From positions 983 to 64,982 of the forward strand of contig JAFNKG010000004.1 of the NCBI GenBank assembly GCA_017883965.1: a stretch of DNA of 64,000 nt, written 5' to 3'. The notes beneath the pieces are model-generated. The model searched no databases. It saw nothing but the letters and a program-made list of their open reading frames with translations, and was not told the DNA's origin. This stretch comes from Candidatus Methanophagales archaeon. Lineage in GTDB: Archaea; Halobacteriota; Syntropharchaeia; Alkanophagales; Methanospirareceae. Shown piece after piece: positions 52,876-60,944 of this stretch. Each line of letters opens with the position of its first letter. Position 1 is the stretch's first letter. A program made the position numbers and the translations under genes.

Positions 52876-53872
52876 CCCCTGTAATATCTCGCCTCGATAT
52901 CTCTAAGTTTGTTGATGAAATAAGAACCACCCTGCTTATCTCCGATTCATCTACTATCTTATAGTTATAGTTAGATGTAGAAGCTAAAACATCTGTAATT
53001 TCGCTTGCAAATTCTTTCACTCGTGAATGCGTGGGCATAGCATCTCTACTCAACCGTTTTCTCGAATACCCGATGTGCATATATGCCTTCACCTCGACAA
53101 AATCGGGATTTGCTATTTCTAACAATTCAGCATAGCCTTCCGGATTCACCATATTCAGCCCTTCCACACAGGTGATTCTTATGACTGTTCTCGTTCTCCC
53201 TTTCTGCCTTTTCAGCTCTTCCAGCGATTCTTTTATACGAGACCAGTGATTAGCGTGTGAAACTTTTTTGTAAATGGCTTCGTCAGGTGCGTTCAATGAT
53301 AAATACAACTGAGAAGGGCGTATTTCTCGCAGCACATCGGGATTCGTGCCGTTCGTCACCAGAAAAGTGGTCATGCCATGCGAAAGGAATTCCTGAACAA
53401 GCTCCTTTAAATACGGATACAGTGTAGGCTCGCCTATGAGCGAAATAGCGGCGTGTTTTGGAACTTCAGCCTCTGCAAATGCATCCATGCTGGTTTTGTC
53501 AGAGCCTTTGAACCCGGAGATAAGCCTCTTTTGCTCTTTTATACTCTCTTCTACTATCTCGTCAGGAGAATCCCAAACGACAGGCTCCTCTTCCTCTTCT
53601 GTTCCTATGTTAAATGCCTCAAGAGGGCGCCAGCAATGAACACATCGCTGATTACAGAAGATAGAAGGCGTCATCTGGATGCACCGATGCGCGCGGATGC
53701 CGTAAAATTTGCCCTTATAGCAATTTCCCTCTCCTCTAAGAGATTTCCTTAACCATAAACAGGTTTTCACCGCACTGTGCCTGTGCGTGCCTACGAAGTG
53801 GTATCCCTGCCTTTCCAACGTTTTCCTCGTTTCATTTTCCTTACCGTAAATCAATGTAGCCCTCGGTTCCAT
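52856..53872 (-). CDS. taw1: tRNA 4-demethylwyosine synthase (radical SAM)
   Basis: GYHFVG.HSAVK.C.W...L......CYK..FYGI..HRC.QM.P...C..RC.HCWR pattern: HRHSAVKTCLWLRKSL...CYKGKFYGIRAHRCIQMTPSIFCNQRCVHCWR. Confidence 0.85.
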   Translation of the reverse strand: MEPRATLIYGKENETRKTLERQGYHFVGTHRHSAVKTCLWLRKSLRGEGNCYKGKFYGIRAHRCIQMTPSIFCNQRCVHCWRPLEAFNIGTEEEEEPVVWDSPDEIVEESIKEQKRLISGFKGSDKTSMDAFAEAEVPKHAAISLIGEPTLYPYLKELVQEFLSHGMTTFLVTNGTNPDVLREIRPSQLYLSLNAPDEAIYKKVSHANHWSRIKESLEELKRQKGRTRTVIRITCVEGLNMVNPEGYAELLEIANPDFVEVKAYMHIGYSRKRLSRDAMPTHSRVKEFASEITDVLASTSNYNYKIVDESEISRVVLISSTNLEISRRDITGGVFNDF

Positions 53873-54245
53873 TCACAAGCACCTCCTCTCCATTCTCTAT
53901 CAGCTCGCCATCAACCGGGTCAATCTCAAGCGAGTCAACCGCGGGTATCTCCGCTATAATTGCACCCACTGCCACTATTGTATCTGCACGGCGATTGATC
54001 ATGGCATACGGGCTTTTCCCATGCTTTTTAAGCTGGTATATCACATAAGAGCCGACAGTTGAGCCTTTTCCGCCGGGGAATATCAAAATGCGATCCGTTA
54101 TGCTTTCTCCATAGATGTCAAGAGATTTATCTACGATGATGCCAGTGACAGGGTTTACTGCACCGAGGAATGAAATTTCTTGCTTTGAAATCAATGCTTT
54201 TCCGGTAGCCACTCCCTTTGAGATACTCCTGCCTTTTATTTTCAT
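53841..54245 (-). CDS. aconitase X swivel-domain (DUF126) protein, probable small subunit of phosphomevalonate dehydratase
   Basis: GKALISKQEISFLGAVNPVTGII...ILIFPGGKGSTVGSYVIYQL is the AcnXS pattern. Confidence 0.65.
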   Translation of the reverse strand: MKIKGRSISKGVATGKALISKQEISFLGAVNPVTGIIVDKSLDIYGESITDRILIFPGGKGSTVGSYVIYQLKKHGKSPYAMINRRADTIVAVGAIIAEIPAVDSLEIDPVDGELIENGEEVLVNGTEGYIDLR

Positions 54246-54294
54246 TTTTTAATTTATAAGGATAAAAGAATATTAAATCTTGAAGGCGATAAAA

Positions 54295-54756
54295 ATGGAG
54301 GAGAGAGAGATAGGGATAACCGAGAGAGAGAGTGAGAGAGAGCAGCAAGCAGAAGTGCAATCTTTGCTCTTAAGATTGCGACAATACCAGGCGCAGGCAG
54401 AGGCGTCGTCTCAAGAATTGCTCTTTGTCAGACAGGCGATAGGCGAGCATGAGAAGGCGATAGAGACGATAAAACAGTTGAAGAAGATGAAAGCAGGGGA
54501 CGAGCTGATAGTGCCAGTAGGTGCTAACTCGTCTGTTTACGTTACTCTCAGCAATACTGATAAAGTAATAGTCAGAATAGGTGGGGGAGTAAGCGCAGAA
54601 AAAGACCCGGATTCTTCGATTGAGTATCTTACTGAAAAGAGGGGTGAGTTAGAGGGTTCACAGCGTGAAATGACCGGGGTATTGCAAAAGATAGAGCAAG
54701 AGGCACAGAAATTACAGGTAAGATTGCAAGAACTCGCATCCGCGAGTGGAAGGTAA
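54295..54756 (+). CDS. pfdA: prefoldin subunit alpha
   Basis: Coiled coil, then beta hairpins (ELIVPVGANSSVYVTL...VIVRIGGGVSAE), then coiled coil. Located upstream of ftsY as in many archaea. Confidence 0.8.
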   Translation: MEEREIGITERESEREQQAEVQSLLLRLRQYQAQAEASSQELLFVRQAIGEHEKAIETIKQLKKMKAGDELIVPVGANSSVYVTLSNTDKVIVRIGGGVSAEKDPDSSIEYLTEKRGELEGSQREMTGVLQKIEQEAQKLQVRLQELASASGR

Positions 54757-54816
54757 AGTCAGACCTGAACTAAAACAGAAATATAAAGAGAAAAGGGTAA
54801 GGAAGAAGAAGCGAAA

Positions 54817-55848
54817 ATGTTTGACCGGTTAAGGAATAAGCTCAGCGATTTTCGAGAAACCGTCGTGGAGAGGATACAGGAGAAGGGTAAGGAAGAAGAG
54901 GTAGAGGAAGGAAGAGAGGAAGAAAAGGCGGCAAAGGGAATAAGGGAGAAGATAAAGGAGAAGGGTAAGGCGATATTGGAGGGGGAAACGATTTTAGATG
55001 ATAAAGATTTGGAAAATCCGCTGGAGGAGCTGGAGATAGCGTTATTGGAGAGCGACGTTGCGTTGTCGGTGGCTGAGGAGATTATATCGAGTGTGAAAAA
55101 AGAATTGGTAGGTAAGAGAAAGAGATGGGGCGCGGATACGGAAGGATTGGTAAAAGGAGCGATAAGAGATGCGTTGTTGAATGTTTTTTCCGCGGATGCA
55201 GAACTGGATTTTGAGGAGTTTCTGGCTGAGAGCGAGAAGCCGGTAAATATCGTTTTTGTAGGCGTGAATGGCACTGGTAAGACCACGAGTATTGCAAAGG
55301 TAGCGAAGAACTTGCTTGGAACGGGTTATTCGGTGGTGATTGCATCTGCGGATACTTACCGCGCAGGGGCAACAGAACAGATAGAGAGGCATGCATCTAA
55401 TTTAGGGATTAAAGTGATTAAGCATCAATATGGCGCAGACCCCGCCGCGGTTGTATATGATGCGATGAAATATGCGAAGGCGAATAGAAAAGAGGTGATT
55501 CTGGCAGATACCGCAGGAAGAATGCACACCTCCATAAATCTTATGGAACAGTTGAAGAAGATATGTCGTGTGACAAAGCCCGACCTGGTGATATTCGTGG
55601 ATGAAGCGGTTGCCGGTAACGATGCAGTGGAAAGGGCGAAGAAATTTAACGAAACGATAGGGATAGATGCCTCGATGCTGACAAAGGTGGACGTGGATGC
55701 GAAAGGTGGAGCGGCTATTTCCATCGCTCATTCTACCTCTAAACCCATTTTGTTCTTAGGAACCGGTCAGGGCTATGACGATTTAGAGAAATTCGATGCT
55801 GAATGGCTCGTGGACAGATTATTGGGTGAAAACGGAAGTGAAGGATAA
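54817..55848 (+). CDS. ftsY: signal recognition particle receptor FtsY
   Basis: Acidic N-domain, VFVGVNGTGKTTSIAK, DTAGR, TKVD, GTGQGYDDL. Confidence 0.9.
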   Translation: MFDRLRNKLSDFRETVVERIQEKGKEEEVEEGREEEKAAKGIREKIKEKGKAILEGETILDDKDLENPLEELEIALLESDVALSVAEEIISSVKKELVGKRKRWGADTEGLVKGAIRDALLNVFSADAELDFEEFLAESEKPVNIVFVGVNGTGKTTSIAKVAKNLLGTGYSVVIASADTYRAGATEQIERHASNLGIKVIKHQYGADPAAVVYDAMKYAKANRKEVILADTAGRMHTSINLMEQLKKICRVTKPDLVIFVDEAVAGNDAVERAKKFNETIGIDASMLTKVDVDAKGGAAISIAHSTSKPILFLGTGQGYDDLEKFDAEWLVDRLLGENGSEG

Positions 55849-55875
55849 AAAAGTATGAGGAGGAGGTGCTAAAAA

Positions 55876-56958
55876 ATGTTTCCTGAGGAATATAGAAGCA
55901 CGATTTTGAGTTTGGCTGAGGCAGATGAGGATATGAAGACACTACTGGGGCTATTTCATCTATTGGAAGGTTATACAACAGAAGAAGCAATTACGAAAAA
56001 CTTCACTGCGATGACCGGCGGAAAGGACTGCAAGGATTTGTTAAACTTGCTTAGAAAGAGAGGGCTTATAAAAATAGGTGCTTATAACGAATACCTTTGC
56101 CTTTCGGGCTATGAAGAGGTTTTCAATGATATTGCAGTCGGATATTCACCTCAGCCAGGGGATTTATCGGGATATCTTGAGAACGCAGTGGAAAAAGGAG
56201 ATAAAGCGGCGCTAAAAATGATTGAATTACTCTTGAAAATAAGTAAGCGTGGACTTAGAGGGTTCACGCAATACGAGATTATAAAAAACGAGGTGTCAGA
56301 AATATTTTCACTGGGGGTCTTTCAGTCCTTGGAAGAAAAATTTATCAATGAGAAGTTGTGCGTGTATGGTAACAGGCGTGGAAATGAATTCTTGGGGTTA
56401 TACCTGAGTGAGGATAAAATAAAGGATGCGAAGGAAAGACTAAGAGCGTGGAAAACGAACAAACTCGTGGAGATGCCGGTGATAGAAACGCTTGAAAAAG
56501 AGATAGGAGAACTTGTAGAGAATGCGAGGAGGAAAATGAAGCTTGAAGGGCGAGAAGAAGGACTTGCTGATACTCTTAGCATACCCGAAAGTGAAAAAGT
56601 AGCGGATACGGTGGGGTATTTCAGCGGGTTCGCAATAGATGATGCCTTCATGTTTGTTACGGGCAATGTGCTTTTAGAAAGAGATTCACTTTACTTGGTG
56701 ATTACTGATAGCTTGTCGAGGTATGAAGTAAGAGAATGGAGAACTGATTATCCAGCAATCTTTATACTTGAGGAGATACCGAAATGGGTAGGGAAAATTG
56801 AGTTTGTGTTTAAGGATGCGTATCCAAGATTATCTGACCGGAAGCTGGCGATAGCAGTGCCGAATGAGGTTGCATACTCGAATTTCAAACATAAGCTTCT
56901 TTCTGAGCTTGTGAACCGGTTGGGAATTAAAGAAGTAACGGAGATTCCGAAGAGATAG
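55876..56958 (+). CDS. hypothetical protein (360 aa), no recognisable motif
   Basis: Long intact ORF 27 nt after ftsY with a gaggaggaggtg RBS. The N-terminal about 70 aa could be wHTH-like (LLNLLRKRGLIKIG). Confidence 0.55.
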   Translation: MFPEEYRSTILSLAEADEDMKTLLGLFHLLEGYTTEEAITKNFTAMTGGKDCKDLLNLLRKRGLIKIGAYNEYLCLSGYEEVFNDIAVGYSPQPGDLSGYLENAVEKGDKAALKMIELLLKISKRGLRGFTQYEIIKNEVSEIFSLGVFQSLEEKFINEKLCVYGNRRGNEFLGLYLSEDKIKDAKERLRAWKTNKLVEMPVIETLEKEIGELVENARRKMKLEGREEGLADTLSIPESEKVADTVGYFSGFAIDDAFMFVTGNVLLERDSLYLVITDSLSRYEVREWRTDYPAIFILEEIPKWVGKIEFVFKDAYPRLSDRKLAIAVPNEVAYSNFKHKLLSELVNRLGIKEVTEIPKR

Positions 56959-56986
56959 GGGGTCTTTACGCTTTCCGATATTTCTA

Positions 56987-57991
56987 TCACTTTCGCCTAA
57001 TCAAATATATTGATATTGCAGCCAATATACCAATTATAGCGAACAAAGACTCAAACTCAAAGCCAGGTGTTGGAATTGGTGTAGGTGTTAAGGTAGGTAA
57101 AGGTGAAGGCGTAGGCATTAAAGCGATATATTCCAAGGGGGCTCTTAGCCAAATATCAGGATTAAACTCGTTTGGATAATTTATCGCTTCTGCATATTCT
57201 TCTTTCAAAAGCAACTGGTTAAGATTTACAAAGTGAGTTTCGTTATAAGGAATATAAACCACTGCAACAAGGATGTAAAAGTCATCAATGTCAAGATAAA
57301 CCTTCTTTCCGAAACAAAGCTCATTCACATATTCTTTCGCTTCTTTACCTTTTTCGGTATCTATCTCAGGTGCGTTTACATCTGCTAATCTTATCCTTCC
57401 TATCCCTTCCACCTCTATGGTATTGCCATCCATCACCTCTATCACGATGCCGGATTCACCAAACTTTGATGTGTTTAGTGGCTTTGGTGTGTAGAGGTGT
57501 ATTGGTGTAGGCTTTCCAAATTCTTCTTCCATCTCAAAAACCCATTTTGAATCCTCAAGCACCCAATAACTGTTATCGTCTCTTGTATCACTTAATACCG
57601 GCGTCCTATCCACTTCTTTACCTTTTGAATCCTTTAAGATTATAAATTCATCTTCGTTGTCTAACCATTGATAAGGCGGGGGGGGATGGTCATACCAAGC
57701 GAAGGGATAAATGGTAGTGCCTTCAGCTATTGTTTCTTTTTCTCCATCTCCGTTTTCTAAAATCCATTTTCCAATATCCAGGAATTCACTGGAAGGATTG
57801 AAAAGCCTGAGCCATTCATTTCCTTCATCGCTTCCCGCCGGGTTCTGGTCAAAGGCGTATATTTCTACATCGGAATCTGAAGAAGCGGATATGGCGGTTG
57901 AGGTTGCTAATGCTATCCAGGTGAAGAGAAGCACTAAAGTAATTCCAAATATAGGCACGCTCTTTCTATTCTTTATTGCTTTCTTTAACAT
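56987..57991 (-). CDS. secreted lamin-tail-domain plus SNase-like protein with PGF-CTERM anchor signal
   Basis: Signal peptide. LTD: FDQNPAGSDEGNEWLRLFNPS...IGKWIL. SNase-like: EVMDGNTIEV...IRLADVNAPE. C-terminal PTPSPLPTLTPTPIPTPGFEFESLFAIIGILAAISIYLIRRK (PGF-CTERM). Confidence 0.75.
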   Translation of the reverse strand: MLKKAIKNRKSVPIFGITLVLLFTWIALATSTAISASSDSDVEIYAFDQNPAGSDEGNEWLRLFNPSSEFLDIGKWILENGDGEKETIAEGTTIYPFAWYDHPPPPYQWLDNEDEFIILKDSKGKEVDRTPVLSDTRDDNSYWVLEDSKWVFEMEEEFGKPTPIHLYTPKPLNTSKFGESGIVIEVMDGNTIEVEGIGRIRLADVNAPEIDTEKGKEAKEYVNELCFGKKVYLDIDDFYILVAVVYIPYNETHFVNLNQLLLKEEYAEAINYPNEFNPDIWLRAPLEYIALMPTPSPLPTLTPTPIPTPGFEFESLFAIIGILAAISIYLIRRK

Positions 57992-58067
57992 GTTTACATG
58001 AAGTGAACATTAAAAAAAATTTAAAAATTTATATAAAATTATCCTTTTAGAGACCTAATTTTTGAGC

Positions 58068-58156
58068 AAGCCAGGGTGTAACATCATGCGATTTTATCAT
58101 CCCAGCTTACCCGCTTCTTCTCTCACCTGCATTCTTAACCGCTTAAATTTATTTTA
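58068..58156. repeat. direct repeat, left copy (contains a 15-codon remnant of the 3' end of the 59064-60152 gene)
   Basis: aagccagggtgtaacatcatgcgattttatcatcccagcttacccgcttcttctctcacctgcattcttaaccgcttaaatttatttta. On the minus strand 58097-58144 reads ...KRLRMQVREEAGKLG*, versus KRLRMQVREDAGKLG* in the intact gene. Confidence 0.7.
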
Positions 58157-58230
58157 TAGCCTGTATCCAAGATACGCTGAAATTTTAATTTCGATTGTTT
58201 TATAAATATCCCTCGTCTTACGTAAAAAAT

Positions 58231-58743
58231 ATGGAAGAAAAAGCCATGATGTTCATTGACGGTGCAAATTTAAATAAATCCGCAGAAAACCTTGGATTTA
58301 GAATTGATTATATGAAGTTAAAAGAATTTTTAGAAGATTATTTAAAAAGAAAGGGTTGTCAGCTAATTAGACCCTATTATTACACCGCAGATGATAGGAA
58401 CCCCGGTCGCAGAAAATTTTTTGATAGGTTAGAAGTTTTAGGTTATGATGTAAGATTGATAGACATTGCGCAGAGAGGTACTAAATATATCCAGAAAGGA
58501 GTGGATATTCTGCTTGCGACCGAAATGTTGTTTTTTGGTTTTAACAATAATTATGATATTGCTGTTCTGTGCAGTGGTGATCAGGATTTCTTACCAATGA
58601 TCCAGGCAGTAAAAGATTTAGGGAAGTTAGTATATGTTGTTGCATTTGACCATTCGTGTGCAGAAAAAATGAGAAGAATACCGGACAACTATATCACTTT
58701 ATCAGAAGAGATTGAGAGAATAAAGAAAAATAAGCTCATTTAG
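58231..58743 (+). CDS. NYN-domain (LabA-like) putative RNase
   Basis: MMFIDGANLNKS...Y.....DR........L...G......KGVDILLATEML......YDIAVLCSGDQDFLPMIQAVK matches the NYN/LabA acidic-residue pattern. Start trimmed to ATG 58231. Confidence 0.75.
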   Translation: MEEKAMMFIDGANLNKSAENLGFRIDYMKLKEFLEDYLKRKGCQLIRPYYYTADDRNPGRRKFFDRLEVLGYDVRLIDIAQRGTKYIQKGVDILLATEMLFFGFNNNYDIAVLCSGDQDFLPMIQAVKDLGKLVYVVAFDHSCAEKMRRIPDNYITLSEEIERIKKNKLI

Positions 58744-58750
58744 TTGCCGA

Positions 58751-58805
58751 GTGGTAGGCGGGACTTACCCGCTGAAAGGCATTTGCCCTACCACCCGTCG
58801 TTTTT
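58751..58805 (+). terminator. three-way-junction-like structure plus T5 immediately after the NYN gene
   Basis: Outer stem gtggtagg/cctaccac encloses cggg-actta-cccg and ggc-attt-gcc, followed by ccgtcgttttt. Confidence 0.4.
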
Positions 58806-59029
58806 GTTAATTATTATAATATTATAATCACTATTTAAACTTTTCGATGTTTTTAAAAATGTTACTGTTTTACTGTCTTTCAAAGTATAAAGGTAAAGGA
58901 GGATGGGATAGAAAATCATGTTATTAGATTAAAGTCGTGAAGGATTTAACAGAGTATATGTGTAACAATTATCTTTACCGTATTTTACCCATCCCCTCAC
59001 CTGAAAAAGCGATTAAGCGAATATGAAAT

Positions 59030-59121
59030 AAGCCGTGAGAGTGTAACATCATGCGATTTTATCTTACCCCAGCTTACCCGCATCTTCTCGCACCTGCATC
59101 CTTAACCGCTTATGTATTTTA
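59030..59121. repeat. direct repeat, right copy (the functional 3' end of the 59064-60152 gene)
   Basis: aagccgtgagagtgtaacatcatgcgattttatcttaccccagcttacccgcatcttctcgcacctgcatccttaaccgcttatgtatttta. About 90 percent identical to 58068-58156. Confidence 0.7.
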
Positions 59122-60152
59122 ATTATCTTCTCTCTTCCTCTTTCGTCTGCATGCTCAAGATTATGAAAATAAGGAAAAGGCACTTTTCCCCTTCCCTTTT
59201 GTTTCATAACAAAATCCTTTATATCGCTGGTAATACAGTTACCCGGAATATCCGCAGGATTTCTTTCAAAACCCACCCTGTTCTCTTCCCATTTCGTCAC
59301 CACGTCCATCACTGCTCCTTTCCCGCCTCGCACAAAAGCCTCGCATATTATGTGAAGAAACCTTATATCAACGGATGCAAGTCCTACATTGGCATAAGGA
59401 ACCGCGTATTCGTTACCATTGAAAACAACGGATATTCCACCGTGTGTTACAACCTCTTTCAGCATCTTATAATCAGTAATGCTATCGCCAACAGCGATGA
59501 CCTCGCGTAAATCTATTCTTTTTTCTTTTGCTATCGCCCTTATTGCTTCTGCTTTTCTTTCGCCGCCTATTACCCTTGTCGTAAAAATATCATAGCCCAA
59601 AGAGGGCAGTTGATGGAAAAAGAACTCGTCCAAGCGATTCACTATGAGTTCCGTATTGTCAATGTGCGAATAAAGCTCGATTATATCTTCTTGAGCCTTT
59701 TTTATTAAAGAAAATATGTTTTCTTCTAAATTCTGCTTCCTTCTTTCTAAATCCAACTCCGTGCATATAATTTTGTTCTCCGGGATTCCCAGTTTGCGAC
59801 CTACATTGTAAGCGTGCTGCTCGTAACTGGTTGATATGATGTAGGTGTCCCAATTTTCAGCCAGTAACCGCTCGAATAAGTATTCTGCACCTTCTATTAT
59901 CTTTGCACGCTCTGATACCTTCTTTATATCGTCTTTGGTTATGCCATGCACCAAAAAGAAAGGCACGATTAAAGCGAGGGTATCCCCGGGCTCGTAGCCT
60001 TCACGTCCCTCAAGCGAGATAATATCGTCATATCTGCTTATAACTTCAAAAATAAAAGCGCCTTCTTTTCCTATTAGCTTCATCACCTCGTAGGCATTAT
60101 CTTGCGGTGATAAAGGTCCTTCGAGGTCGAACAATATTGTTTTTTCCATCAT
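59064..60152 (-). CDS. HAD-superfamily-like protein (resembles proteins annotated as energy-converting hydrogenase A subunit R)
   Basis: ILFDLEGPLS (DxD-like motif I with Glu), ISTSY, GDSITDYKM (motif IV); 362 aa. Confidence 0.5.
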   Translation of the reverse strand: MMEKTILFDLEGPLSPQDNAYEVMKLIGKEGAFIFEVISRYDDIISLEGREGYEPGDTLALIVPFFLVHGITKDDIKKVSERAKIIEGAEYLFERLLAENWDTYIISTSYEQHAYNVGRKLGIPENKIICTELDLERRKQNLEENIFSLIKKAQEDIIELYSHIDNTELIVNRLDEFFFHQLPSLGYDIFTTRVIGGERKAEAIRAIAKEKRIDLREVIAVGDSITDYKMLKEVVTHGGISVVFNGNEYAVPYANVGLASVDIRFLHIICEAFVRGGKGAVMDVVTKWEENRVGFERNPADIPGNCITSDIKDFVMKQKGRGKVPFPYFHNLEHADERGREKIIKIHKRLRMQVREDAGKLG

Positions 60153-60202
60153 CTACGTGGCTCAACATTTTTAATTCTTGTATATAAGGATATTGGTATT
60201 TG

Positions 60203-60289
60203 CTTACCGCCGAGATCACGGAGAGCGCTGAGATGATATAAAAGATTTTTTGAGTCTCTGTGTTCTCTGCGGGCTCAGCGGTAAATAAG
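60203..60289. repeat. palindromic element, copy B (short relative of 11801-11966)
   Basis: cttaccgccgagatcacggagagcgctgag...ctctgtgttctctgcgggctcagcggtaaataag. Shares ttaccgccgaga, gcgctgag/acgctgag, ctctgYgttctc and gcggt(t)aa with copy A. Confidence 0.5.
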
Positions 60290-60326
60290 TACGGCTATTG
60301 AAGTTTGAAGTAAAAAACAAAAGCTT

Positions 60327-60345
60327 TAAATATAGGCTACCCTAA
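60327..60345. promoter_or_regulatory. DtxR/IdeR-box-like site overlapping the TATA-like box of the regulator gene
   Basis: taaatataggctaccctaa matches 14/19 positions of the IdeR/DtxR consensus TTAGGTTAGGCTAACCTAA as I recall it (right half 11/12). It lies 13 nt upstream of ATG 60358. Confidence 0.4.
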
Positions 60346-60357
60346 TAATGTTAGCGT

Positions 60358-60810
60358 ATGCTAAGTAGAAAAGCGGAAGATTATCTCGAAGCGATTCTTA
60401 ACATTGCGGAAAAGAAGGGATATACGAGGGTGAAGGATATAGCATTTGCTTTAAGCGTTAAGCCCTCAAGCGTGGTGGAGATGGTAAGGCGGCTGAGCGA
60501 CATGGCGCTCATTGAATATCGAAAATACGATGGTATGACATTAACACCGAAGGGGCGGGATATAGCGATAGTTGTAAAAGAGCGGCATGATACTATAAGC
60601 GCGTTCCTGGAAATAATAAAAGTGCCAGAGGAAATAGCGAATAAAGATGCATGCATAATCGAGCACGAATTGGAGCCTGAAACAATAGAGCAGCTAAAAA
60701 ATTTTGTGCATTTTGTGAAGTCCGCACCGGATTATCCACAATGGCTGGAGCACTTCGAAACGTTCTGTAAGGCAAGAGAACATCCCCGCGAAGAGAGCGG
60801 CGAGAAGTAA
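60358..60810 (+). CDS. DtxR/MntR-family metal-dependent transcriptional regulator
   Basis: AEDYLEAILNIAEKKGYTRVKDIAFALSVKPSSVVEMVRRL...LTPKGRDIA..V.ERH......FL. Confidence 0.85.
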   Translation: MLSRKAEDYLEAILNIAEKKGYTRVKDIAFALSVKPSSVVEMVRRLSDMALIEYRKYDGMTLTPKGRDIAIVVKERHDTISAFLEIIKVPEEIANKDACIIEHELEPETIEQLKNFVHFVKSAPDYPQWLEHFETFCKAREHPREESGEK

Positions 60811-60831
60811 AAGAGCATCGGGTCTTCAGCG

Positions 60832-60882
60832 AAAACCGAATCTTTTTAGGGTATTTTAACAAAACCGAATCTTTTTAGGGTA
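60832..60882 (+). promoter_or_regulatory. two 22-bp direct repeats ending in TTAGGGTA upstream of feoA
   Basis: aaaaccgaatctttttagggta at 60832-60853 and again at 60861-60882. This is followed by ggttttttgtatccctaa, which forms an inverted repeat with ttagggta. Confidence 0.45.
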
Positions 60883-60944
60883 GGTTTTTTGTATCCCTAA
60901 CTTTAAAGTAGAGATAGAGGATTATAGAAGCTAAAAGATGAAAA

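Noticed and set aside
58745-58800. Possible tRNA or tRNA fragment gene (gccgagtggtaggc D-arm-like)
   Set aside because: It has no T-arm (no GTTCRANYC), the central hairpin has a 5-nt loop, and there is no acceptor stem. I kept it only as a structured terminator or possible att remnant.
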